The position numbers were made by a program, and so were the translations under genes. From Myxococcales bacterium (GTDB lineage Bacteria > Myxococcota_A > Polyangia > Palsa-1104 > SHYY01): a stretch of 64,000 nt of DNA. Position 1 is the stretch's first letter, and each line of letters starts with the position of its first letter. Below, piece by piece: positions 1 through 9,700 of the stretch. The stretch covers positions 3,860 to 67,859 of the forward strand of contig SHYY01000005.1 in the NCBI GenBank assembly GCA_009692555.1, given 5' to 3'. A model generated the notes under the pieces. It was not told where the DNA came from and searched no databases. It worked only from the letters and a program-made list of their open reading frames with translations.

Positions 1-208
1 GAACCCGGATCGTGCTGTTCCTTGGATCGGAGGCGGACGCCTTGCGATAGCACTTCACCGCCTCGTCGCAGCGGCCCGCAAGCGCCCACACGTTGCCCTG
101 GATGAGCTGCTCGCCGCCCGCAGGACGGCCCTTGCCTCGGATGCGCGGCGGTGCGGCCAGCGACGGGCCAGCGAGGGCCAGCAGCACGGTGATGGGAAAC
201 AGGCGCAT
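1..208 (-). CDS. Secreted TPR-like protein, N-terminal part (runs off window start)
   Basis: Manual translation from ATG at 208: MRLFPITVLLALAGPSLAAPP...QGNVWALAGRCDEAVKCYRKASASDPRNSTIRV. Signal peptide followed by a TPR-like helix pair; no stop before position 1. Confidence 0.6.
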   Translation of the reverse strand, partial: MRLFPITVLLALAGPSLAAPPRIRGKGRPAGGEQLIQGNVWALAGRCDEAVKCYRKASASDPRNSTIRV

Positions 209-324
209 GGGTGGAGCCTCCAGAGGGGCGAGCATACTACCGACCGGGGCGCCGGGCGGGCGCCACCGACGGCAGGCACGTCGCGGCGATTGACCTCACG
301 GCCCGACTTCGCCAGGATCCGGCC

Positions 325-663
325 ATGAGCGATGCGGAGCGCGCCCGGTTCGAGGTCCTGCTCGAGCGGATCGAGACCCGGATCGAGATCCTCGTCGAGG
401 GTCAATCCACGCTCGTCGCAAACTTCGGTGGGCTGGCGCGAAACGTCGGCATCTTGAGCGCCACCGTTGACCGGCTGGTCGATGGGCAGGCAGCCCTGAC
501 GGCGCGGGTCGGCACTATCGACACGCGGGTCGGCAATATCGAGACGCGGGTCGGAAATATCGAGACGGACATGCACGCGGTCAAGGACCACCTCGGCTTG
601 AACGGCACCGCGAGGACCGCCCGGCGCATCGCGGCGAAGCGTCCAGCGAAGCCACGCAAGTAG
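325..663 (+). CDS. Small coiled-coil protein with heptad repeats
   Basis: MSDAERARFEVLLERIE...; (T/A)RVG(T/N)I(D/E) heptads; basic C-terminal tail. Confidence 0.7.
   Translation: MSDAERARFEVLLERIETRIEILVEGQSTLVANFGGLARNVGILSATVDRLVDGQAALTARVGTIDTRVGNIETRVGNIETDMHAVKDHLGLNGTARTARRIAAKRPAKPRK
502..564 (+). repeat. 3 x 21-bp tandem repeat encoding coiled-coil heptads
   Basis: gcgcgggtcggcactatcgac / acgcgggtcggcaatatcgag / acgcgggtcggaaatatcgag. Confidence 0.85.
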
Positions 664-852
664 GCTCTCGCCCTGTCCGCTCCGGTGCATCGCAGCGGAG
701 TTCGTGGTCCGGCGGCATCCTGGCCGCTTTCACCGAGGGCGTTCCGTGAACCGGCGGCCACAGGTCTCGCCGATCGCAGCCCCCGAGGCCATCGTCGCGC
801 CGGAACAGAGGTTGCCTTGGCCCCGCCGACCACCCACTCCTCCCGAGGTCCC

Positions 853-1791
853 ATGAACCATCGCCTGCGTACCGCCCTCGCGGCGATCGCCCTGCGCGTC
901 CTCCACGGCTGCACCGACACCAGCCCCGCGCCCACCGACGCCGCCACCGACGGGGCGGCCGACGCCGGGGCCGGCCCCGACAGCGGAGCCGCTGACCTCA
1001 CCCTGACCCCCGACGCGGCGAGCCCCGACATCGCGCTCCCCGACGGCGCTCTCCCCGACACTGCGCCCGCGAAGCTCACGATCCACATCCGCGCCAACAC
1101 CGCCCTCTTCGCCCACACCGACGGCGCCTCCGGCCAGACCCCGCTCTCGGCCCGCGGCGGCATCCGCAGCCTGCGCCTCTATCGCCAGTCCAATGACCCG
1201 AACCCCGTCGAGCTGTTCCAACACGGCAAGAATCCGATCGAGGTCGGTTTCAACCAGGGCGACGACACCGTGGTCGCGACGATCGACCCGAAGGCGATCC
1301 CGGCCGCCAGCTACACCCTCGCCCGGATGGTGCAGACCCACTCTCGCTTTCGCATCGCCGGGACCATGCACGAGCTCGCCAAGGCCAGCCCCGGCAGCTT
1401 CGACGATGTGCTGGTGGTCAGCAATGGAACCCTGCTCGACGGCCAGCTCCGCGACGCCGGCTACTACCTCTACCTCTTCGACGCGCAGGGCCAACCGCAG
1501 AAGAAGTTCACCGGCAACAACGCCCCGATCGCCGGCTATTCGACCACCGCCGGGGCCACCGCGAAGGTCGAGCAGGGCGAGTGGGCGATCTACTTCCCGA
1601 TCAACCTCACCGTCGCTGCGAACGGCCCCGCCGGTTCGGAGCTGGCGATCGACGTGAACATGTACCAGTCGTTCCGCTGGACCGATTCGCCGCTCCCCGG
1701 CAACCAGGCCGGTGTCTTCGACGCCAGCCCGCTCGCCTATGAGGCGGTGGTCCGCTTCGGCGGCAACCGCTTCGACACGACGCTCAAGTAG
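853..1791 (+). CDS. Hypothetical lipoprotein
   Basis: MNHRLRTALAAIALRVLHGC lipobox-like signal, Asp/Ala/Pro linker, then a beta-rich domain. Confidence 0.75.
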   Translation: MNHRLRTALAAIALRVLHGCTDTSPAPTDAATDGAADAGAGPDSGAADLTLTPDAASPDIALPDGALPDTAPAKLTIHIRANTALFAHTDGASGQTPLSARGGIRSLRLYRQSNDPNPVELFQHGKNPIEVGFNQGDDTVVATIDPKAIPAASYTLARMVQTHSRFRIAGTMHELAKASPGSFDDVLVVSNGTLLDGQLRDAGYYLYLFDAQGQPQKKFTGNNAPIAGYSTTAGATAKVEQGEWAIYFPINLTVAANGPAGSELAIDVNMYQSFRWTDSPLPGNQAGVFDASPLAYEAVVRFGGNRFDTTLK

Positions 1792-2118
1792 CTACTTCGG
1801 CAGCCCGCGCACGTGGCGCACCACCGCGGCGATCTCGTCGTCGCTGAGCGCGCCCGAGAAGGCGGGCATCTTCAATCCACCGGTGAGGATCTGGTGCGCG
1901 ATCTGGACATCGGTCAGGCGCTGCACCTCGTCGCGCGTGAGGTCCTTCGCCCCGAGCAGTCGCCCCTGCGGCGCGTCGCCCTTGCCGCGCTCGCCATGGC
2001 ACTTGGCGCAGGTCTCGAGGAAGATCCGCGCTCCGTCGAAGCCACCGTCGGGGACCGCCGGACGGGGCCGCGCGCAGCCGGCCAGGAGCGCGAGCAGGAG
2101 GGTCAGGCCGCGGAGCAC
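1792..2118 (-). CDS. Monoheme class I cytochrome c lipoprotein
   Basis: LLALLAGC lipobox, CAKCH heme-binding motif, distal Met in KMPAF; GTG start chosen, start uncertain. Confidence 0.85.
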   Translation of the reverse strand: MLRGLTLLLALLAGCARPRPAVPDGGFDGARIFLETCAKCHGERGKGDAPQGRLLGAKDLTRDEVQRLTDVQIAHQILTGGLKMPAFSGALSDDEIAAVVRHVRGLPK

Positions 2119-2141
2119 GGGCGCTGGTGGGTGCGATCCAA

Positions 2142-2252
2142 AAAAGGGGTCACGATCCGCTTCTCCGTCGGTGAGCGGTGGCCGGTCAACGCCCCACCCT
2201 GAGATCGTGACTTCAGGAATTTCGATCACTTGGCATGCTCTTGACCCCTTTT
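2142..2252. repeat. Intergenic inverted repeats
   Basis: aaaaggggtca (2142-2152) / tgacccctttt (2242-2252); alternative pairing gtcacgatc (2149-2157) / gatcgtgac (2203-2211). Confidence 0.6.
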
Positions 2253-2306
2253 CAGGACCACACCCGGTCGCGCGCGCCGGTTACCACGCTCCCCGGCGAA
2301 TCGCAA

Positions 2307-3590
2307 TCAGCGCCCCGTCGCCGCTCCCGTCGGGGCCTTCCGGTAGCGCTCGAACAGCGCGCTCTGCCGGCTGCGGGTCGACACCTTCCGCCCCCGGATG
2401 ATCACCGCGCGGGCGTAGCTCCCGATCTCCAGCGGGTCGCCGCTCCACACCACGACGTTGGCCACCCTCCCCGGCGCGAGCGTGCCGTAGCGCGCCCCGA
2501 GCCCGTAGGCCTCGGCCGGGACGCGGGTGATCGCCGCCAGCGCCGCCGCGTACGGCAGCCCGGCGCGCACCGCGTTGCCGGCCTCCTGGCGAAGCTTGCG
2601 GGCGTTGTGTGTCTCGTTGGTGGAGATCGCCACCGCAACCCCCGCGGCGTGCAGCAGCGCCGCGTTGTCGTCGCGCGCGCCGAGCGAATCGAACGATTGC
2701 GGCCCGTTGACCAGCGGGAAGAGGATCACCGGCACCTTGGCCGAAGCCAGCTGGCTCGCCACCTTCCACGCCTCGGCCCCGCCCGCGATCACCGCCCGCA
2801 GCTTGAACTCCCGCGCCACCGCGAGCGCGGTGAGGATATCGGCCGCGCGGCTGACGTGAAACACCGTCACGATCGTGCGATCGAGCGCGAGGTTCAACGC
2901 CTCCAGATCGAGGCGGCTGGCGGCGAAGGCGCGCGTCTGGTTCCTCTCCCAGTCGGCGCGGCGACGGGCGAAGACGCGCGCATCGTCGAACGCCTCGCGC
3001 ACCCGCAGGATCGCCGTGCCGTGGCCGCCGCCGCCCTGACCCTCGACGGCATGCGCGCCCAGGCGGATGTGCAGCGCGAGCGGAGCTTCGGCCAGCGCCT
3101 CGGCTGCGGTCGCCCCGTCGAGGTCGGCCCACGCCGACTGCCCGGAGAAAAGGCCACCGGTGGGGACCACCCCGGCGGAGGTCACGCCCTCGGCGCGCGT
3201 CACCGCGATCACCGACGAGGCGGGGTTGTAGCCATCGGCCGCCCGGAAGCCGGCCCGGATCCGGTCGCCGCCCCCCTGCTCGTCGTCGCGCGAGGTGCTC
3301 TCGAGCTCCACCTCGATCAGCCCAAGCGACGTCAGCGGGTCGGTCAGACCGGGCGTCACCACCGCGCCCTGCGCCGCGATCACCTCGGCCCCGGGCGGCG
3401 GGGTGAGCCCCTTGCCGACCTTCACGATCTTCCCGTTCTGGATCACGACAACGCCGCCCTCGATCACCTCGCCCGTCCCGGTGTGCACCGTCGCACCGAC
3501 GATGGCGATCCATGGGGGCGAAGGGGGTGGAGCGGGCGCGGCCTCCGCAGCCCCGGCAACCAGGGCCAGGAGCGTGATCCAGCGGTTCAT
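2307..3590 (-). CDS. Secreted amidohydrolase-family protein (imidazolonepropionase-like), metal site degenerate
   Basis: Signal peptide; VTPGLTDPLTSLG in place of PGxIDxHxH; C-terminal GTLAPGRVANVVVWSGDPL. Confidence 0.85.
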   Translation of the reverse strand: MNRWITLLALVAGAAEAAPAPPPSPPWIAIVGATVHTGTGEVIEGGVVVIQNGKIVKVGKGLTPPPGAEVIAAQGAVVTPGLTDPLTSLGLIEVELESTSRDDEQGGGDRIRAGFRAADGYNPASSVIAVTRAEGVTSAGVVPTGGLFSGQSAWADLDGATAAEALAEAPLALHIRLGAHAVEGQGGGGHGTAILRVREAFDDARVFARRRADWERNQTRAFAASRLDLEALNLALDRTIVTVFHVSRAADILTALAVAREFKLRAVIAGGAEAWKVASQLASAKVPVILFPLVNGPQSFDSLGARDDNAALLHAAGVAVAISTNETHNARKLRQEAGNAVRAGLPYAAALAAITRVPAEAYGLGARYGTLAPGRVANVVVWSGDPLEIGSYARAVIIRGRKVSTRSRQSALFERYRKAPTGAATGR

Positions 3591-5152
3591 TTTTCACCTC
3601 CCGCTTCGAAGTCGCTCCACCTTGGGCCGCCGCGACTGTAGGTGAGCGCGCCGTCGATCCACACCTTCTCCGCCGCCGCGTAGACCGAGAACGGGCTCTT
3701 GTTCCACAGCACCACGTCGGCGTCCTTGCCCACCTCGAGCGAGCCCGTCCGCCCGTCGACGCCGAGCGCCCAGGCCGGATTGGCGGTGATCCAGCGGATC
3801 GCGTCCTCCTCGGTCAGCGCGATCCCTCCGCGCCGCCCGCTGGCGAGCGCCTTGCCCGCCTCCTGGTTCAGCCGCTGGATCCCCTCGTCGGAATCGGAGT
3901 GGATGATCGCCCGCATCCCCGCCTCGTGGATCAGCGCCGCGTTCTCCTGGATCCCGTCCCACGCCTCGAGCTTGAAGCCCCACCAGTCGGCCCACGTCGA
4001 GGCCGCGATCCCGCGCCGCGCCAGCTCGCCGCGGATCTTGTAGGCCTCGAGCGCGTGGTGGAACGAGCGGACCTTGAAGCCCACCTCGTCGGCGAGCGCG
4101 ACCATCGCCAGCATGTCATCGGCGCGGTAGCAGTGGACGTGGACCAGCACCCGGCCCTCCATCGCCGCCACCAGCGTCTCCGTTCCCGGGTCGCGATCGG
4201 GCGGGGCGATCGGCTCGCTCGGATCGGGCTCCTCGAGGGGGAGCGTCCACTCCGCACGCCACTTGCCGCACGGGCCGGCATCGTGATGCTCGTCGCACCA
4301 GGCCTGCCGCCGCGTTCGCTCGCCTTGCTTCGCCTCGAAGAGGGCGCGCTTGCGACCGCTCGCCGCCTGCCGGTGCGTCTCCGCGTCGCGCCAGCGGGCC
4401 CAGTCGCGACGGAGCTTCTGCGCCTTCAGGAACGCCGCGCGCTGCAGCGCAAGATTGCCCATCCGGGTCATCGGCGACCGCTTGTCCCGGCCGTAGACCC
4501 GCTTCGGGTTCTCGCCGCACGCCATCTTCAGACCGTCGGGAGCGCCCGCGAAGTGCATCTCGCGCGGCGAGAGGCCGCGGCGGAGCTTCAGCGTTGTGGC
4601 GCGCCCACCGACGAGGTTTCCCGATCCGGGCAGCACCTGGATGGCGGTCACGCCGCCCGCCACCGCGCGCTCGATTCCGGGATCCTGGGGCCAGAAGGCG
4701 TCCACGGTCTGGACGTGCGCGGTGACCGGCTCGGTCATCTCGTTGCCATCGAGGTGCGCCGCCGCGCCGATCATCGGATAGACGCCGAGGTGCGAGTGGG
4801 TGTCGATGATCCCGGGGGTGACGAACTTTCCGGAGCCATCGATCACCTGCGCCCCGTCAGGAGCGGGCAGATCGCCTTCGCCCACCGCGATGATCTTGCC
4901 GCGATCGAGGACGATCGTGCCGCGGGCGATCGTCTTCCCGGTCGCGAGCAGCAGCGTCGCGCCGCGGATCACCACCTTCGAGGCGGCGGCCGGCGCCTCG
5001 TAGCCCTCGGCCACCGAGAGGCGCGCCTCCCAGGGCGCGGCGGAGAGCGGCACCGGCAGCGCCGCTTTCGGGCCGTTGATCGAGGGAACCGGGCCGGTTC
5101 CGGAGCAGGCGGCGAGCAGTCCAGCGACGAGAACGAGCCGGTCGGTGCGCAT
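3587..5152 (-). CDS. Amidohydrolase-family lipoprotein
   Basis: LLAAC lipobox; PGIIDTHSHLG, KMACGENPK, HCYRADD, HHALEAY, HSDS, GSLEVGKDADVVLW. Confidence 0.9.
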   Translation of the reverse strand: MRTDRLVLVAGLLAACSGTGPVPSINGPKAALPVPLSAAPWEARLSVAEGYEAPAAASKVVIRGATLLLATGKTIARGTIVLDRGKIIAVGEGDLPAPDGAQVIDGSGKFVTPGIIDTHSHLGVYPMIGAAAHLDGNEMTEPVTAHVQTVDAFWPQDPGIERAVAGGVTAIQVLPGSGNLVGGRATTLKLRRGLSPREMHFAGAPDGLKMACGENPKRVYGRDKRSPMTRMGNLALQRAAFLKAQKLRRDWARWRDAETHRQAASGRKRALFEAKQGERTRRQAWCDEHHDAGPCGKWRAEWTLPLEEPDPSEPIAPPDRDPGTETLVAAMEGRVLVHVHCYRADDMLAMVALADEVGFKVRSFHHALEAYKIRGELARRGIAASTWADWWGFKLEAWDGIQENAALIHEAGMRAIIHSDSDEGIQRLNQEAGKALASGRRGGIALTEEDAIRWITANPAWALGVDGRTGSLEVGKDADVVLWNKSPFSVYAAAEKVWIDGALTYSRGGPRWSDFEAGGEK

Positions 5153-5219
5153 CAGCGCGCGAAGGTAGCACGGGCGCGCGGTGCCTCCCCAAAAGTCAAC
5201 TGGCAGATCGATCGGGAGC

Positions 5220-5906
5220 TCAGCCGCCGAAGTTCTGGGTCCAGTAGTGCTTGTACTGGGAGTTGTTGCCGAGGGCGTAGCCGACGCCGAGGAAGTGATA
5301 GCCGGGCTGCATGATGTTCTCGCAGTGGCCGGGGCTGTTCATCCACTGGGTCATGGTCTGCGCGGCGGTCGGATTGCCGGCGGCGATGTTCTCGCCCATC
5401 GTGCCGCCCATGAAGCCGGCGGCCTTCATGCGGGTGAAGGGGCTGCGCCCGTCGAGCGAGGTGTGGCTGAAGTAGTTCTGCGTCGCCATATCCTGGCTGT
5501 GCAGGCGGGCCGATTTTCGCAGCGCGGGGTGCATGGTGAGCGGGCCGACGGGGCCGAACTTCTTCCCGCCGCAGGTGGCGCCAGCCCCGCGGCGCAGGTT
5601 GGTCTCGACGAGGATCGCCTCTTCGAGCGCGCTCCAGGCAGGCGGCCAACCGTCGCTGGCGAGGTCGGGCGCAGCGGCCTTGAGGTCGACGGGGAGGGCG
5701 AGGTCGGGGCTCGTCGCGGCGGCGTCGGTGGTCGCGCCCGCGTCTTTGCCGCCGTCTTTACCCCCGCCTTTGCCCGCGTCGGTGCCCGCGTCGCTGCCAC
5801 CATCGGCCTCGCCGTCGTCAGGCCAGTAGTAGCCGCTCGATCCGCCGCCACACCCTGTGCCGAGCACGGTGGCGAGCAGGCCCCTGACGAGAAAGCGCCT
5901 GAACAT
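5220..5906 (-). CDS. CAP/SCP domain lipoprotein
   Basis: LGTGC lipobox; ARLHSQDMATQNYFSH, GENIAAG, WMNSPGHCENIM, YWTQNFG. Confidence 0.9.
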   Translation of the reverse strand: MFRRFLVRGLLATVLGTGCGGGSSGYYWPDDGEADGGSDAGTDAGKGGGKDGGKDAGATTDAAATSPDLALPVDLKAAAPDLASDGWPPAWSALEEAILVETNLRRGAGATCGGKKFGPVGPLTMHPALRKSARLHSQDMATQNYFSHTSLDGRSPFTRMKAAGFMGGTMGENIAAGNPTAAQTMTQWMNSPGHCENIMQPGYHFLGVGYALGNNSQYKHYWTQNFGG

Positions 5907-5985
5907 GGCTCCACCATTGCACCTCCGTTGGCGCGAGTCCACGGGAGTTGGCGGGGCCGGTGCGGGATTCGGTGCGCGGAGCGGG

Positions 5986-6321
5986 CTACTCGGGCTTCAA
6001 GGAATCGGGATCGCGGCGCGCTTCCCAGACCCGCAGGATCCAGAGCTTTTCGCCTTCCAGTCGGTAGATGATCCGGTGCATTCCGACGACGAGGTGCCGG
6101 TAGCGCGCCGTGGGTCGCAGATCGCGCGCGACGGGCCCGACCTGGGGATGCGCGGCGAGCCGATCGACCGCGTCCAGGACCGCGGTCGCCCATTCCTTGG
6201 CGGCTTCGGGATGGACCGCGCGGAGCAGGGCGTGGGCGGATTCGAGGTCGAGCTCGCCGAGCCGGGACCAGTGAATCTCGGCCGCCGCGCGCTCCCCTCG
6301 GACGCGCCGCCTACCTGCCAC
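5986..6321 (-). CDS. Type II toxin, RelE/ParE family
   Basis: AVDRLAAHPQVG...YRHLVVGMHRIIYRLEGEKLWILRVWEARRD; directly downstream of a Phd-like gene. Confidence 0.85.
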   Translation of the reverse strand: MAGRRRVRGERAAAEIHWSRLGELDLESAHALLRAVHPEAAKEWATAVLDAVDRLAAHPQVGPVARDLRPTARYRHLVVGMHRIIYRLEGEKLWILRVWEARRDPDSLKPE

Positions 6322-6607
6322 CGCGCGACCACCTGGCGAGTCGCTCCCGAACCGGGGCGTGGGGGAGATGACGACCCTCCGCCACGTACTGCTCCGCCGC
6401 GGCGACGGCGGTCTGCAGCTCCTGGCGTCGCGCGGCCCCCTCGAGCTCCTCGTACGCTTCGATGGACAGCAGCACCGCGATCCCGCGGCCGCGCTTGGTG
6501 AGGACCACGGGCCGGCCTGTGTCGGTGGCCTGCTTGAGGACCTCCGCGGTCCGGGTCTTCAGCTCCGACATCGGGCGCAGATCCTGACTCATTTTCATCT
6601 GGCTCAT
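6311..6607 (-). CDS. Type II antitoxin, Phd/YefM family
   Basis: PMSELKTRTAEVLKQATDTGRPVVLTKRGRGIAVLLSIEAYEEL. Confidence 0.9.
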   Translation of the reverse strand: MSQMKMSQDLRPMSELKTRTAEVLKQATDTGRPVVLTKRGRGIAVLLSIEAYEELEGAARRQELQTAVAAAEQYVAEGRHLPHAPVRERLARWSRGGR

Positions 6608-6739
6608 GGGACAACAGTGGCACGGTTTTCAGCACTGCTCAAGGTACATGAAGTGGCCCTGGAAGCGTGGGCCAGCCGCGGCGCGGCGCGGGCCAGGCTC
6701 GGCGGGCCCGTCCTCGGAACGGTGCTAGACTCCGCGCCG

Positions 6740-9700
6740 ATGAAGCCACTCCGGGTGTGGATCCTTCCTCTGGTCGCCCTCACGGCGGCGCCGGCCCTCG
6801 CCAACGGCCCCTACGACACGGAGATCGCGACGCGGCGGGCGGAGGCGAAGCGGCTGGCGGGGCGTCCCGATGCCATCGTCCCGCTGCTCGGGATCCTCGA
6901 TCTCTGGACGCTGGTGGATGATCGCGCCGGAATCTCGGCGATGCTCGATGAGGTCATCGCGGATCCGAGGCAGCGCGCCGATCTGCGGGGGCGCGCGGCC
7001 TACCTGCGCTCGGTGGTGGCGGACCGCGTGGGCGACACCGCGCTGGCGAAGAAACTCCGGGCGGGGCTCGGATTCGTCACCGCGTGGCAGGTGGTGGGAC
7101 CCTTCGACAACGAGGGCAAGACCGGCCACGCGCAGCCGTTTCCCGTCGAGAAGGAGCTCGCGGCGGCGATTGATCCCGCGCGCGAGTATCCGGGCAAGGG
7201 GCGCCCGGTGAAGTGGCGCCTGTTTCCGGACCAGGTGGTGACGCAGGGGATGCTGGCGCTCGACGCCGCGCTGCGGCCAGACACAAACGCGACCGCCTAC
7301 GCGACCTCCTTCGTGCGCAGCGATGTGGCGGCGGACATCGCGCTGCGGGTCGGATCGGCGGGAGCGGTGAAGGTGTGGGTCAATGGCCGGCTGGCGCTCG
7401 ATCGCGATGTCTACCGCCCGCTACGGATCGATCAGGACGTGGCGGGGGCGCGCCTGGAGGCGGGGTGGAACCGGATCACCGCGAAGGTGGGAGTGGCCGA
7501 CGGCGCGTGGGCGTTCTTCCTGCGCATCACCGCGCCCGACGGTGGCCCGGTCGGTTTCGCGGCCTCGGCGACGGTGCCGGCGAAGCTTGTGGCGGCGGCG
7601 AAAAAGACGGGGAAACCGGGAAAGGTGGCTGATCTGGATGCCGATCTCCGGCGCGCGGCGGCGCGGCCGAGCGACGCGGCGGCGGCCCGGGCGCTCGGGC
7701 TCTACCTCCACTACGTCGCCCCCGAGGACCCGGAGGCGAAGAGCGCGGCCCGGGCGCTGGCGCGCGCCGAGCGCCTCCTGCCGTCGAGCGAGACGGCGCG
7801 CCTGTGGGCGATGGCCTCGACCGATCACAACGATCGGCGGAAGCGCCTCGAGGAGGCGGTCTCCCTTGGCGCGAAGGCGTCGCCGGGCGAGCGGGCGCGG
7901 GTGCTCAGCGAGCTCGGCGAGGTCTATTCGCGGGCCCATCGCGAGCGCCGCGCGGAGGAGCTCTGGCGCGCCGCCCTGCAGGCCGATCCCGACTTCTTCC
8001 CCGCCACGCTCCATCTGGCCGATCTGGCGGCTGATCGCGGATTGCCGTCGCAGGCGATGGCCACGGTCGATGAGATGGCGAAGCGCCACGGCGCGATCGC
8101 GGTGCTGCATGCGGGGGCACGCCTCGCCGATCGGCGCGGGCTTCACACCGAGGCCGAGCGACGCTTTGTCCTCCTCCACGCCGCCACCGCCGACGACATC
8201 GGCGTGCTCCGCGAGCTGTTCGGGCTGGCGCGCGCCCGCGGCGACCAGCCGGCCGCCTTCAAGCGGCTCGACGAGATGGCGGCTGCGCGGCCCGATCTCT
8301 TCGCCACCGCGATCGATCGCGCCGAGCTGCTCGACGGAGCTGGGCGCGGCGGAGAGGCCCACGAGGTGCTGGCGCGCGCGCTCGCCACCTGCCCCGACGA
8401 GCCGCGGCTCCTCGAGCGCGACGGGCGGGTCCTGCACCGGATGGGACGCCAGCCGGAGGCGCTGGTGCGCTTTCGCCGGGCGCTGGAGCTGCGCCCGCAG
8501 AATCCGGATCTACGCGCCTACCTGCGCGAGATCGAGGCCCAGGGGAAGGGGAGGGGGACCGCCGAGCGCAGCTCCGCCGACGATCTGGCGCGCGCCTACA
8601 CCGAGGCGGTGCCGGCGATCATCGCTCGCGCGGGACCGGCGAAGCCAGGCGCGAAGGACTCGGCGCGGGTGCTGCTTGATCTGTCGGCGACCCGGGTCCA
8701 CTCGAATGGCCTCTCCGAGACCTTCACCCAGCGTGTGGTGCAGATCCTTGACGAGCGGGGGGCGCGCGACCAGGGCGACGTGGACATCCGCTACACGCCC
8801 GACACGCAGTCGGTCGAGGTGCGCGCGGCCAGGGTCTACAAGAAGAGCGGCGAGGTGATCGAGGCGCCCGCGCAGACCGATCGCGATCTGTCGGAGCCCT
8901 GGTACGGCCTCTACTACGACGTGCGCGCCCAGTCGATCGACTTTCCCCGCCTGGAGCCGGGAGACGTGATCAACGTGGAATACCTGGTCTCCGATGTCGG
9001 GAGGCGCAACCTGTTCGCCGACTACTTCGGCGAGCTGCACGTGCTGCAGGAGGGGCTGCCACGGGCCGAGGGGGCCTACGTGCTGATCGCGCCGAAGTCG
9101 CGCCCGCTCTACTTCAATCAGCCGAAGCTGCCCGAAGGGGCGCAGCTCACCGTCGAGAAGCAGGAGCGCGGCGACGACATGGTGTATTCGTTCCGCACGC
9201 GCGGCGTGCCGAAGGTGGAGCCCGAGCCGGGGATGCCTGGCTTCACCGACGTGGCGGCCTATGTCCACGTCTCGACCTACCGCACCTGGGAGGAGGTGGC
9301 GTCGTGGTACTGGGGGCTGGCGCGCGAGCAGCTGCAGCCGGACGAGGCGATCAAGCGGGCGGCGGCCGAGACGGTGAAGGGCATCCCGAAGGAGGACGAG
9401 CGGGCCCGCATTCGCGCCATCTACAACCACGTGGTCACCAAGACGCGCTACGTGGGGCTCGAGTTCGGGATCCACGGCTACAAGCCGTACAAGGTGTCGC
9501 AGATCTACGCGCGCAAGTTCGGCGACTGCAAGGACAAGGCTTCGCTGCTGGTGGCGATGCTGAAGGAGATCCACGTCGAGGCGTCGCTGGTGCTGGCGCG
9601 AACGCGGCGGGGGGGCGATCTCGATCCCTTCCCGGCGTCGCTGGCGCCGTTCGATCACGCCATCGCCTGGGTGCCGAAGTACGACCTGTTCCTCGACGGG

